NCBI RefSeq assembly: GCF_002075285.3
Contig: NZ_CP021983.2
Location: 690,001 to 722,000, forward strand
Length of the DNA stretch: 32,000 nt
From: Halomicronema hongdechloris C2206
GTDB lineage: Bacteria; Cyanobacteriota; Cyanobacteriia; Phormidesmidales; Phormidesmidaceae
Direction of reading: 5' to 3'
Below the pieces are notes generated by a model that saw only the letters and a program-made list of their open reading frames with translations, was not told the origin of the DNA and ran no database searches. The position numbers and the translations under genes are program-made. How positions within the stretch are numbered: position 1 is the first letter of the stretch; each line of letters begins with the position of its first letter. This document shows positions 9,148-17,055 of the stretch, piece by piece.

Positions 9148-9545
9148 ATGACCTCCATTACCTTTGATGTTCCCCAGGATGTCTTCTCTGCGCTGAAGAC
9201 CTCACCCGATGAATTTGCGGCTGAATTGCGTCTGGCCGCTGCGATTTTCTGGTATCAGAAAGGACAAATCTCCCAAGAAAAGGCGGCCCAAGTTGCCGGG
9301 CTGGATCGAAATTGGCCTGGGTCTATACCCATGCTGGAAGTGAAGCGATTATTGATGATCTAGCGGCACGGCGATGTGCAGCAGCTCTGGAGATTCCGGT
9401 GCGGGGAACGCTGGGCTTGGTGCTGGTGGCCAAGCGGCGGGGCGAAATTGCGTCGGCTCGAACGGTGTTGAATCAGTTGCGACAAGCGGGGATGTATCTG
9501 TCGGATGCGGTCATGAATCGGGCGTTGCGGCTGGTTGGCGAGTAG
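9148..9545 (+). pseudogene. decayed UPF0175 antitoxin / DUF3368 (PIN-like) toxin pair fused by an internal deletion
   Basis: The ATG at 9148 gives MTSITFDVPQDVFSALKTSPDEFAAELRLAAAIFWYQKGQISQEKAAQVAGLDR (the UPF0175 N-terminal two-thirds), after which the frame degenerates. Overlapping ORF 9312..9545 carries only the C-terminal half of a DUF3368 toxin (GSEAIIDDLAARRCAAALEIPVRGTLGLVLVAKRRGEI...LVGE). Confidence 0.6.
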
Positions 9546-9689
9546 AGGACGCCAACCGTCAAAGCCTACAACTCGCCCTGGTTGGCCAAAGCACCCTCGT
9601 CACCTGCAAAGCAGTGGTACTGACTGTGCTGGCCGACTATGAAGCGGCTCTGGAGGCAGTGGGGCAGGCCCTTGCTCTGGAAGGAATGC

Positions 9690-10304
9690 TCAGCCACCGC
9701 CGATACCGGCAGTAAAAGTTTCTGATGCCAAGATGTTGAGGGCCCCGAGTTGAGTAGACACCACGGCGTCCTCTCCGGTCAGGGTGGCGACTTCCCGGTA
9801 GACGCCCTCCTGTAACACCAGCACTAGAATGGTTTCCGCCTGCGGATCAATAACCCAATATTCTGGGATGCCTAAGTCCTGATACTGCATTCGCTTGGCC
9901 ACATAGTCTCGGTTCCGCTGCACTTCCCCCGGACTGACAATTTCCATCACCAGCAGCGGCGGCGCCATAGACAGGCGAATGGTGTTGCGTGCTTTCAGTT
10001 GGGCAATGTGTTCGTCACGAATTACCGTCAGGTCGGGGAAACGGTTGCGGGGCTCTCCCCGCACCTCTAACTCCAGGCCGTGGCCCCGCATCCGCCGATG
10101 ACCTACCAGTGGCAACAGCAGGGCAAACAGCAGATTAGCAATTTCCACGTTGAAGCCGGATTCTGGGGGCACAGGAATTAACTCTCCATTAAACAGTTCA
10201 TAGAGATTATCTGTGCCGTCATCGTAGGCCAGGTACTCTTCAAAACTCTGAAATCGTGGCTTCAGTTGAACCATCGACGATTCCCCGGGAGCGATTGGGT
10301 TCAT
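9690..10304 (-). CDS. Uma2-family (DUF820) putative endonuclease
   Basis: Motifs: [71 protein letters not shown]. Confidence 0.8.
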   Translation of the reverse strand: MNPIAPGESSMVQLKPRFQSFEEYLAYDDGTDNLYELFNGELIPVPPESGFNVEIANLLFALLLPLVGHRRMRGHGLELEVRGEPRNRFPDLTVIRDEHIAQLKARNTIRLSMAPPLLVMEIVSPGEVQRNRDYVAKRMQYQDLGIPEYWVIDPQAETILVLVLQEGVYREVATLTGEDAVVSTQLGALNILASETFTAGIGGG

Positions 10305-10613
10305 TCTAGACCGACCTGGGGAAAGCCCCCTCGTATACGAAAGCTACTGCATCGGCACTAACAAGGCGATTCCTGGCTTGGCTATTGAGGTCATCTGCGG
10401 TCTGATGCCCTGGATGAGTTTCCTGAGACCTGTGGCTACGCGGAGCTCAGCTGCAGCGAAATGCTGCCTGACTTAGATATGGCGCTGTTAACGGCCTGTG
10501 TTCAAATCCCGAGTCCCTTAGCGGCAGCCCAAACATTCCATCAGGGGCTGCCAGCTCGGCCCCAATCGCCCCCAACCTCCGGTGAGGAAGAGCAGTCACG
10601 GCTGGATTGAGGC

Positions 10614-10722
10614 GGGTGCAGCAAAAAGGTGCGTGGATGCACCAATAAGCTGCACGGGACCACCAAAAAGGTGCGCGGGAGCAGCACAAGGATGAACGGA
10701 TGCAGCACAAGGGTGGGCTGGC
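10614..10722. repeat. five degenerate tandem copies of a ~21-nt unit
   Basis: Units: GTGCAGCAAAAAGGTGCGTGGA / TGCACCAATAAGCTGCACGGGA / CCACCAAAAAGGTGCGCGGGA / GCAGCACAAGGATGAACGGA / TGCAGCACAAGGGTGGGCTGG. They lie inside a ~750-nt stretch (10305-11024) with no credible ORF. Confidence 0.5.
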
Positions 10723-11024
10723 GGACTGCGGTGGTCATTTCGGGTAAGGGCGGCGCTACCTGAAATCCAGTTGCTCTCCCAGCATTGGGGGTTGGGGGGT
10801 CTACCTGGGAAGGATGGCCATGAGGTTCTCTCTATGGTGTCAGTAGAGATGGGGAGATGGGGAGATGAGGGAAAGTAGAATAGGAAAATGCCGGTGGATG
10901 TGGCGACTGGCGGTTCTCTATCAAGGGGTGACGGTGTCGGCAGCCTAGCCTTACTTAGGGCTTGGGGATCGTGTGCAGAGATGGGAGATGCGATCGCAAT
11001 GGCACATTCAACACCGGGGGCTGC

Positions 11025-11244
11025 TGGACGGTAGCAGATTTAGGGGTGCTGCCGGAGGATGGACGACGCTATGAAATTATTTGGGGTGCTGGAATACTGG
11101 ATTGCAGACCGTGAGCAGCGCAAGCTAGAGGTGTATCGCCGCGATCGCGGGGTGTTGAAACTGGCCCTGTCGTTGTATGCCAGGGACGAGTTGACGAGTC
11201 CGGTCTTGCCCGACTTTAGGGTGCAGATAAGCCAGTTTTTCTAA
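11025..11244 (+). pseudogene. Uma2-family gene remnant (N- and C-terminal pieces joined out of frame, central part deleted)
   Basis: One frame reads WTVADLGVLPEDGRRYEIIWG (Uma2 N-terminal motif). The adjacent frame reads GVLEYWIADREQRKLEVYRRDRG...LPDFRVQISQFF (Uma2 C-terminus, track ORF 11059..11244). Confidence 0.6.
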
Positions 11245-11305
11245 AGAGAAAGAAAGGCAAATTGATGGTGTATTGATAAGAGTAAATCAACTAAACGAGG
11301 AAAAA

Positions 11306-11518
11306 ATGGAGCAAGATTTTCTAATCACATTGACCAATGATCTAAAAGCTGAACTTGAAGCGGCGGCTTCTGATGAAGGGCAGTCAGCTGCAAGTCTGGC
11401 TCAAAAAGCCATTGCAGACTATCTGTTCAGTCGTCAGTTTCGTACTCTACGAGCTTATCTACTTGCGAAAGCACAGGATGATTACACTGACGAGGATATT
11501 TTTAAAATCGTATCGTGA
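11306..11518 (+). CDS. small antitoxin-like protein, partner of the decayed PIN gene downstream
   Basis: The ATG at 11306 is preceded by GAGGA (the track ORF starts at a TTG at 11273). MEQDFLITLTNDLKAELEAAASDEGQSAASLAQKAIADYL... is ribbon-helix-helix-like. It lies in a low-GC islet. Confidence 0.5.
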   Translation: MEQDFLITLTNDLKAELEAAASDEGQSAASLAQKAIADYLFSRQFRTLRAYLLAKAQDDYTDEDIFKIVS

Positions 11519-11704
11519 AAATCGTTAGAGGAACCTATTTGCCGCGATCCAGACGACGATATGATTTTGGCAACTGCCTTTACAGCAGATGCTAACTGTA
11601 TTATCACGGGTGACAAAGATTTATTGGTTCTGCAATCTATTAGAGAAGTTTCAATCCTTAAGCCTGCGGATTTCCTGGCTTATGAAGAAGCTTTCAATCA
11701 ATAG
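11519..11704 (+). pseudogene. C-terminal half of a PIN-family toxin gene (N-terminal half missing)
   Basis: Directly after the antitoxin stop, in the same frame: ...PICRDPDDDMILATAFTAADANCIITGDKDLLVLQSIREVSILKPADFLAYEEAFNQ*. The CRDP-DD...GDKDLL motif is typical of the PIN toxin C-terminus. No N-terminal PIN part and no start codon are present. Confidence 0.6.
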
Positions 11705-11716
11705 TTGATTACCTTT

Positions 11717-11940
11717 ATGACAGGCCGATCGCTACAGCTATCTGAGGCAGGGCAGCAGCAGGCGCGACAGGCACTGCTGGTGAGAAGCCTGACTCAAAAA
11801 GCGTCGCCTATGAGCATGCGATCGCATACTGGCTGACGCGCCATTCTGCCGCTGCCCAGCGCACGGAGTTCTTTGAGCAGCTACAGCAGCCCGACACCCA
11901 GGCTCAGCGCACCCACTGGCTACCGGTGCTGAGCATGTGA
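11717..11940 (+). pseudogene. small ORF split over two frames at an A5 run; its stop overlaps the start of 11937..13430
   Basis: ATG 11717 gives MTGRSLQLSEAGQQQARQALLVRSLTQK... and stops at 11834-11836. The -1 frame from the A-run at 11796-11800 continues SVAYEHAIAYWLTRHSAAAQRTEFFEQLQQPDTQAQRTHWLPVLSM* and ends in a GTGA overlap (11937-11940) with the next gene. Confidence 0.3.
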
Positions 11941-13430
11941 CGGCGAGCAATACCGTGCAGATGGTGGGTGAATTGTTGGCCCGCTGGTGGCGATCGCTCA
12001 GCCATCGCTTACCGGATGCGATCGCAGCGATCGCGGCCCGAACACCGCAACCCCATGGTCGATTGCCTCACCCCTATGACGATCGCAGTCAGCTTTTGGG
12101 GTGGTTGTTACAGCCCTGTTGGCCCCTGATTCAAGCCCAGCCCGAGACAGAAATTTTGACGGCTCTACAACAGCAGGTCTCGCTGCTTGGCCATGGCAGT
12201 TGTAGCCGGTTAATTGAATGCCATCTGGGGGTAGCACCTGCATTACAACATGACCTCCTGCGGCGATTGTTGACGGAGCCTGTCCCTCGTTATGAGGATA
12301 TCAAAACGGCTCTGGCACAGTGGATCGCCTCGCTATTGCCAGCCCATTTAGAGGTCGCCGATTTCCCGCTGGGCGATCGCTGGGAAGCGTTTTTATATGA
12401 GTCTTGGCCACCCGGCTGGCAGATTGTCCTGACGCTAGCGGTAGCGCATTGGGCCGGACGGGACCAAGGCTTATTCAACGCCATTTTGGCGGATGGCTTG
12501 TTTGGTCCCACTCACCATCTGGGGGCTAATTTGATGGTGCTGCGGGAAAGTGTAATGCTGGGAGCGGCTGAGTGGATCGCGCCTTATCTGGCAAGCTTGC
12601 CGCCTGATTGCGCCCAGACGATGAATTTTGCCTTTCTTGCCAAGGGGTTGCCTGCAGGGGCGGTTAAGCACATGTCACCGGCTGGGCAGGAGGCGATCGC
12701 GCAATGGCTGAGTCCCCATGTGCCCGATCAGGCCGTAACCCTATGGACGTTGATTAATCACCTGGCCGATGCTGCCCCCACAGCTCGGGAATTGCTCATC
12801 GCGCTAGTTCCCCAACTGCCAAAAAAGACGCGTCGACAGGTAGAGGTGCAACTACTACGGTTTCAGCCGATTGCGGCTCATCCACCTCTCGAAACCTTAT
12901 CAAAATCAGATCAACGCTTTTTGCTGGCCATGTATCAGGAGTGGGCGCAGCAAGATGAAGCAGCCTTGGAGCGGCTATTGGCAACGGCACGGGGCAAGCA
13001 AAATGATGCGGCAGTGAGCGCGAGCCGCGTTTTGGCTGACCTGGACAGCGGCCCTGTATCACTAGAAGACTGGGTGCCTCTGGTGCGATCGCGCTTTGTG
13101 GGGGTGAGGGTTAATGCCCTAACCGCCATGGCAACCCAGTTGGCCAAGCAGTCAGTTGCCGACGCTACTCTCAAGGACATTGCGATTGCTCTGGCCACAG
13201 AAGACAATCCCACCGTGGGGCGAAAATTTTGTGATCTGGTTGCTGAGTGGGTTCGTCGCCGACACCGAGTCCCGCCTGTAGTATCGAGGTGCTATCTCCT
13301 GCCAGCCAATAAGCGACTGGTCGGGGACGCGAGAGTTAGTCGCGAACGGCGTCCCTATGCGGAGTTATATCCCTTTTCGATGCGGGATGCGATGCCGCGC
13401 TTTGCGGTGCCGTTGACGCTTCAGAGTTAG
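11937..13430 (+). CDS. hypothetical protein, 497 aa, no family recognised
   Basis: Long ORF with a GTG start and native GC content. It is largely helical and Leu/Ala-rich, with no motif I can name. It is the last gene before the repeat-rich array trailer. Confidence 0.6.
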   Translation: MTASNTVQMVGELLARWWRSLSHRLPDAIAAIAARTPQPHGRLPHPYDDRSQLLGWLLQPCWPLIQAQPETEILTALQQQVSLLGHGSCSRLIECHLGVAPALQHDLLRRLLTEPVPRYEDIKTALAQWIASLLPAHLEVADFPLGDRWEAFLYESWPPGWQIVLTLAVAHWAGRDQGLFNAILADGLFGPTHHLGANLMVLRESVMLGAAEWIAPYLASLPPDCAQTMNFAFLAKGLPAGAVKHMSPAGQEAIAQWLSPHVPDQAVTLWTLINHLADAAPTARELLIALVPQLPKKTRRQVEVQLLRFQPIAAHPPLETLSKSDQRFLLAMYQEWAQQDEAALERLLATARGKQNDAAVSASRVLADLDSGPVSLEDWVPLVRSRFVGVRVNALTAMATQLAKQSVADATLKDIAIALATEDNPTVGRKFCDLVAEWVRRRHRVPPVVSRCYLLPANKRLVGDARVSRERRPYAELYPFSMRDAMPRFAVPLTLQS

Positions 13431-13553
13431 GAACCGGTTGTGGTGCTGAAAGGGTTATTGGGCAGGGTGATAAAACGTTCTGCTCTGGCCGTTGTGTTGG
13501 ATTATGAGCAAAGCCCTATGCCATACCGGTGATGAGGAATGGTGTGCTGCACA

Positions 13554-13725
13554 GATGGACTATTGCCTGTTTAAACAAGATTGGTCTTGTTTATAGATGG
13601 ACCATTGCCTGTCTAAGAAGGACTGACTTCATGCCAAGACGAACCATTCCCTGTTTAAACAACATTGGCCTTGTTTAAAGACGGACTGCTCTCTGTTTAA
13701 ATAGGACTGCCCTAGTTTCAAGAGG
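13554..13725. repeat. tandem repeat block with 42-nt period made of two ~21-nt half-units (core TGTTTAAA)
   Basis: Units start at 13554, 13596, 13638 and 13680, e.g. GATGGACTATTGCCTGTTTAAA-CAAGATTGGTCTTGTTTATA and GACGAACCATTCCCTGTTTAAA-CAACATTGGCCTTGTTTAAA. Seven of eight half-units carry (C/T)TGTTTA(A/T)A or TAGTTTCAA. Confidence 0.65.
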
Positions 13726-13750
13726 CTCTAGTTCCGGTTCAAGCCGAACT

Positions 13751-13782
13751 GGTAGTTAGGTGAGATTATCTCGGACCACTAC
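13751..13782. mobile_element. solo end of the same MITE family as 4510-4728, in inverted orientation
   Basis: GGTAGTTAGGTGAGATTATCTCGGACCACTAC is the reverse complement of the ...TAGTGGTC(T/C)GAGAT(A/C)ATCTCACCTAACTACC end seen at 4697-4728. Confidence 0.55.
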
Positions 13783-13949
13783 TAGACAACCGGTAGTGAG
13801 TAGAGTGGGCAAATTCATGATCCCTGTTCTTAGCAATGGTCGAGGGGCTTGGCTTGCCCACCAATGCTTTGAAAAGATGGGCATTGAGTAGATGAATGAC
13901 ACGCACTATTGAGCCTTAGAAAAGGCAATGCCCATCCTACGAATACTTT

Positions 13950-14214
13950 GGAAAACGGAAGGACGAGAGCGGAGAACGGAGAGTTTTAGAGGGAAGAAGC
14001 TCATGAGTCACAAATCATTCTGCATCGAACTTTTCCGTCCTCCATCCTCCGTTTTCCTGTTTTCAAACCGTTTCCATTAATTCAACTTCCGAAGAAGCAG
14101 TTGAAAGGACGGAAGAACGAGAGCGGAGAGCGGAGGATCATTCTCAATGGCTTTTCGCGGTTGTGAGTAATTCGGCATCAAGTCTTCCGTCCTCCGTCCT
14201 CCGGTTTTCAAACC
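13950..14214. repeat. two tandem copies of a ~110-nt imperfect long hairpin unit, each abutting a CRISPR repeat
   Basis: Copy 1 (13950-14069) has the purine arm GGAAAACGGAAGGACGAGAGCGGAGAACGGAGAG and the pyrimidine arm CTTTTCCGTCCTCCATCCTCCGTTTTCC, then TGTTTTCAAACC, then a degenerate repeat at 14070. Copy 2 (14104-14214) has GAAAGGACGGAAGAACGAGAGCGGAGAGCGGAGG and CTTCCGTCCTCCGTCCTCCGG, then TTTTCAAACC, then a repeat at 14215. Confidence 0.7.
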
Positions 14215-15038
14215 GTTTCCATTAATTCAACTTCCGAAGAAGTTTTGGGAGGAGCATCCCGCTCCCCAGCCGGATCCAGAGCCGTTTCCATTAATTCAAC
14301 TTCCGAAGAAGTTTTGGGTGAAGCGATTTGCTGAAACCATAATGCAAATCCTATCGTTTCCATTAATTCAACTTCCGAAGAAGTTTTGGGTCCAACTTGC
14401 AGCAATTGATCGCTTGACTCTGTTTGTTTCCATTAATTCAACTTCCGAAGAAGTTTTGGGTGGAGTTAACGCCCAAATCTCGTGTCCGAATATTGTTTCC
14501 ATTAATTCAACTTCCGAAGAAGTTTTGGGTCGAGGCCAGCCCGACCACCACGACTACCACCTCCATCGGGTTTCCATTAATTCAACTTCCGAAGAAGTTT
14601 TGGGTGGGTGATTCGAATGTCCATGAAAACGCAAACCAACGTTTCCATTAATTCAACTTCCGAAGAAGTTTTGGGCTTTGGGTGAAGGTGATTTCCAAAT
14701 TGCCCTTGAGTTTCCATTAATTCGACTTCCGAAGAAGTTTTGGGGCGGATGCAACGGTGTTTAGATTTGTTAACAACTGTTCCGTTTCCATTAATTCAAC
14801 TTCCGAAGAAGTTTTGGGAGGCTCTGCTGAAGTGCAAGTCCGGGGCGACCAAAACGTTTCCATTAATTCAACTTCCGAAGAAGTTTTGGGTTGGGTCGCC
14901 GACACCTGCGACGAGAACGGCGAGAACATGGGGTTTCCATTAATTCAACTTCCGAAGAAGTTTTGGGAGCGCGATCAGTTCCTCGCGGAGGTTGCTAGCG
15001 ATAGTTTCCATTAATTCAACTTCCGAAGAAGTTTTGGG
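14215..15038 (-). CRISPR. leader-distal block, repeat variant 1 (35 nt; plus strand GTTTCCATTAATTCAACTTCCGAAGAAGTTTTGGG), 12 repeats
   Basis: Repeat starts: 14215, 14284, 14356, 14426, 14495, 14570, 14641, 14710 (hybrid, with G at position 15), 14784, 14856, 14933, 15004. Confidence 0.95.
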
Positions 15039-15073
15039 GGCCCAACAGCAGCAACAAGCCGCAGAAGCCAGCA

Positions 15074-17055
15074 GTTTCCATTAATTCGACTTCCGAAGAA
15101 GTTGGCGACCCGCTACAGCTCCAGGTGCTCGGCTCTCCTAGATTCTCTGGTTTCCATTAATTCGACTTCCGAAGAAGTTGGCGACTGTATCTGTAGCCTT
15201 GTTTTCTAGCCTGGGGAGAGGTTTCCATTAATTCGACTTCCGAAGAAGTTGGCGACTTAAAGCTTACGAGAAAGGGCGAAGAGTGTTCTCTAGATGTTTC
15301 CATTAATTCGACTTCCGAAGAAGTTGGCGACAGTTTCTGATACACTCGCAGGGCAATAGCCATCTCCGTTTGTTTCCATTAATTCGACTTCCGAAGAAGT
15401 TGGCGACCTAGGGATTTTCGCTGCTTTTTCGCTGCCTTCTGAGTTTCCATTAATTCGACTTCCGAAGAAGTTGGCGACGAAATACACCATCTGCCAGTAC
15501 GCCCCGGGATACGTTGAGTTTCCATTAATTCGACTTCCGAAGAAGTTGGCGACTAAATATCGGGGGCTGCCCGTTGTTCCTCCTCAAGTTTCCATTAATT
15601 CGACTTCCGAAGAAGTTGGCGACCCGAGTCATTCGCAGAGTATTTAAGGGTTGAGCTCTGCGGAGGTTTCCATTAATTCGACTTCCGAAGAAGTTGGCGA
15701 CGGCGATCGAGGCGATCGAGGCGGGAGATGCCAATGAGGGTTTCCATTAATTCGACTTCCGAAGAAGTTGGCGACGGAGTTGAAAAATGCAAGAGTATTC
15801 AGTTTGGGCGAGACGGTTTCCATTAATTCGACTTCCGAAGAAGTTGGCGACAAGGATCAATGGGTGACAGTCCGCACTGCAACCTTTGTTTCCATTAATT
15901 CGACTTCCGAAGAAGTTGGCGACTAAACCTATCCTCGTGTTTGTAATACAAGTTGTATTACAAGGAGTTTCCATTAATTCGACTTCCGAAGAAGTTGGCG
16001 ACAAAAGGAGCATCGCCGTTTATTTGTTGGCGCTTATCTACAATGTTTCCATTAATTCGACTTCCGAAGAAGTTGGCGACCCTTAAAGAATCGATAAGGG
16101 TGAAGGGTGATTACAAGTTTCCATTAATTCGACTTCCGAAGAAGTTGGCGACCTTTAACAATGTCCCATTCAAGATTAAGGACGGGTTCGAAGAGTTTCC
16201 ATTAATTCGACTTCCGAAGAAGTTGGCGACCCAACGACGGGACAAAACAAGACTCCCCAACTCCCGCTGCTGAGGTTTCCATTAATTCGACTTCCGAAGA
16301 AGTTGGCGACTCGTAAATCTGTTGCAATTCAAGGCCCGTCGGTCGCGTTTCCATTAATTCGACTTCCGAAGAAGTTGGCGACCTCCAGACCCATAGGCTG
16401 AGGCTGAATTAACTGCTGTTTGCCTGCGTTTCCATTAATTCGACTTCCGAAGAAGTTGGCGACTCAGACAGGCGAGACCACAATTGACAAGTACGCAGTT
16501 TCCATTAATTCGACTTCCGAAGAAGTTGGCGACCTAAGGCACTCCTTAGTATTTCAGCTGGGGATTTAGTTTCCATTAATTCGACTTCCGAAGAAGTTGG
16601 CGACCTAAAAATATCCATATTGGACAAGCAGTACTCGGGTTTCCATTAATTCGACTTCCGAAGAAGTTGGCGACACTTGCTGTGCAGGTTGAATCATCCC
16701 CTCAGGCTATTTGAGTTTCCATTAATTCGACTTCCGAAGAAGTTGGCGACTTAATTGACTCTGGTCCCTCCGTCCATGTCTCTTTCCCAGTTTCCATTAA
16801 TTCGACTTCCGAAGAAGTTGGCGACTTGGCCGCGTGGATGAACCAATCGGGGCGTGAAATAATTGTCTGTTTCCATTAATTCGACTTCCGAAGAAGTTGG
16901 CGACTCATTGATAACGAAGTACGTGAAATTAAAACAGTAAACCCAGGTTTCCATTAATTCGACTTCCGAAGAAGTTGGCGACCTCAATGATGTCGGACAC
17001 TCTGGCAGCATGGCTTTGGGTTTCCATTAATTCGACTTCCGAAGAAGTTGGCGAC
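15074..17055 (-). CRISPR. leader-proximal block, repeat variant 2 (36 nt; plus strand GTTTCCATTAATTCGACTTCCGAAGAAGTTGGCGAC), 27 identical repeats
   Basis: Repeat starts: 15074, 15150, 15221, 15296, 15372, 15443, 15518, 15588, 15666, 15740, 15816, 15888, 15967, 16045, 16117, 16195, 16275, 16347, 16428, 16498, 16569, 16639, 16715, 16790, 16869, 16947, 17020. Confidence 0.95.

Larger units (their letters stand above)
14070..17055 (-). CRISPR. CRISPR array: 39 intact repeats plus 1 degenerate terminal repeat, 38 spacers of 34-45 nt, two repeat variants
   Basis: Repeats were located by direct reading. Minus-strand transcription is inferred from three points: the reverse complement ends in ...ATTAATGGAAAC, the degenerate repeat (14070, ...GAAGAAGCAGTTGAAAGG) sits at the low-coordinate end, and the cmr operon is on the minus strand. 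The predicted stem-loop is ACUUC-UUCG-GAAGU. Confidence 0.95.

Noticed and set aside
9374-9715. A 113-aa plus-strand ORF overlapping the DUF3368 remnant and the Uma2 gene end.
   Set aside because: Its N-terminal part is a Gly/Ser/Ala-rich off-frame reading of the toxin remnant. Only a short TPR-like tail (ADYEAALEAVGQALALE) looks protein-like, which is insufficient for a call.
10480-10530. A tRNA-like T-loop string, GTGTTCAAATCCCGAG, possibly a tRNA gene or an attachment-site remnant.
   Set aside because: The flanks cannot form a T-stem or acceptor stem, and no anticodon arm can be drawn. I found no tRNA or rRNA gene in the window.
10447-10738. Minus-strand ORFs 10447..10710 and 10541..10738.
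   Set aside because: Their Cys/Trp/Arg-rich peptides derive from the 21-nt tandem repeat. They have no start context or family resemblance and are probably non-coding.
13554-13725. A possible second, degenerate CRISPR array upstream of the main one.
   Set aside because: The units are contiguous with a 21/42-nt period and no unique spacers, and they have no similarity to the CRISPR repeat. This is a plain tandem repeat.
15924-15966. A spacer with an internal palindrome (TGTAATACAAGTTGTATTACA), considered as a possible regulatory insertion.
   Set aside because: It has normal spacer length (43 nt) and perfect flanking repeats. A palindromic protospacer, such as a phage operator or terminator, is the simpler explanation.
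14208-17011. About a dozen track ORFs on both strands inside 14.2-17.0 kb with periodic peptides (…FPLIQLPKKFW…, …SINSTSEEV…, …TSSEVELMET…, …VANFFGSRINGN…).
   Set aside because: They are translations of the CRISPR repeat in different frames. The periodicity equals the repeat-plus-spacer length, so they are not genes.
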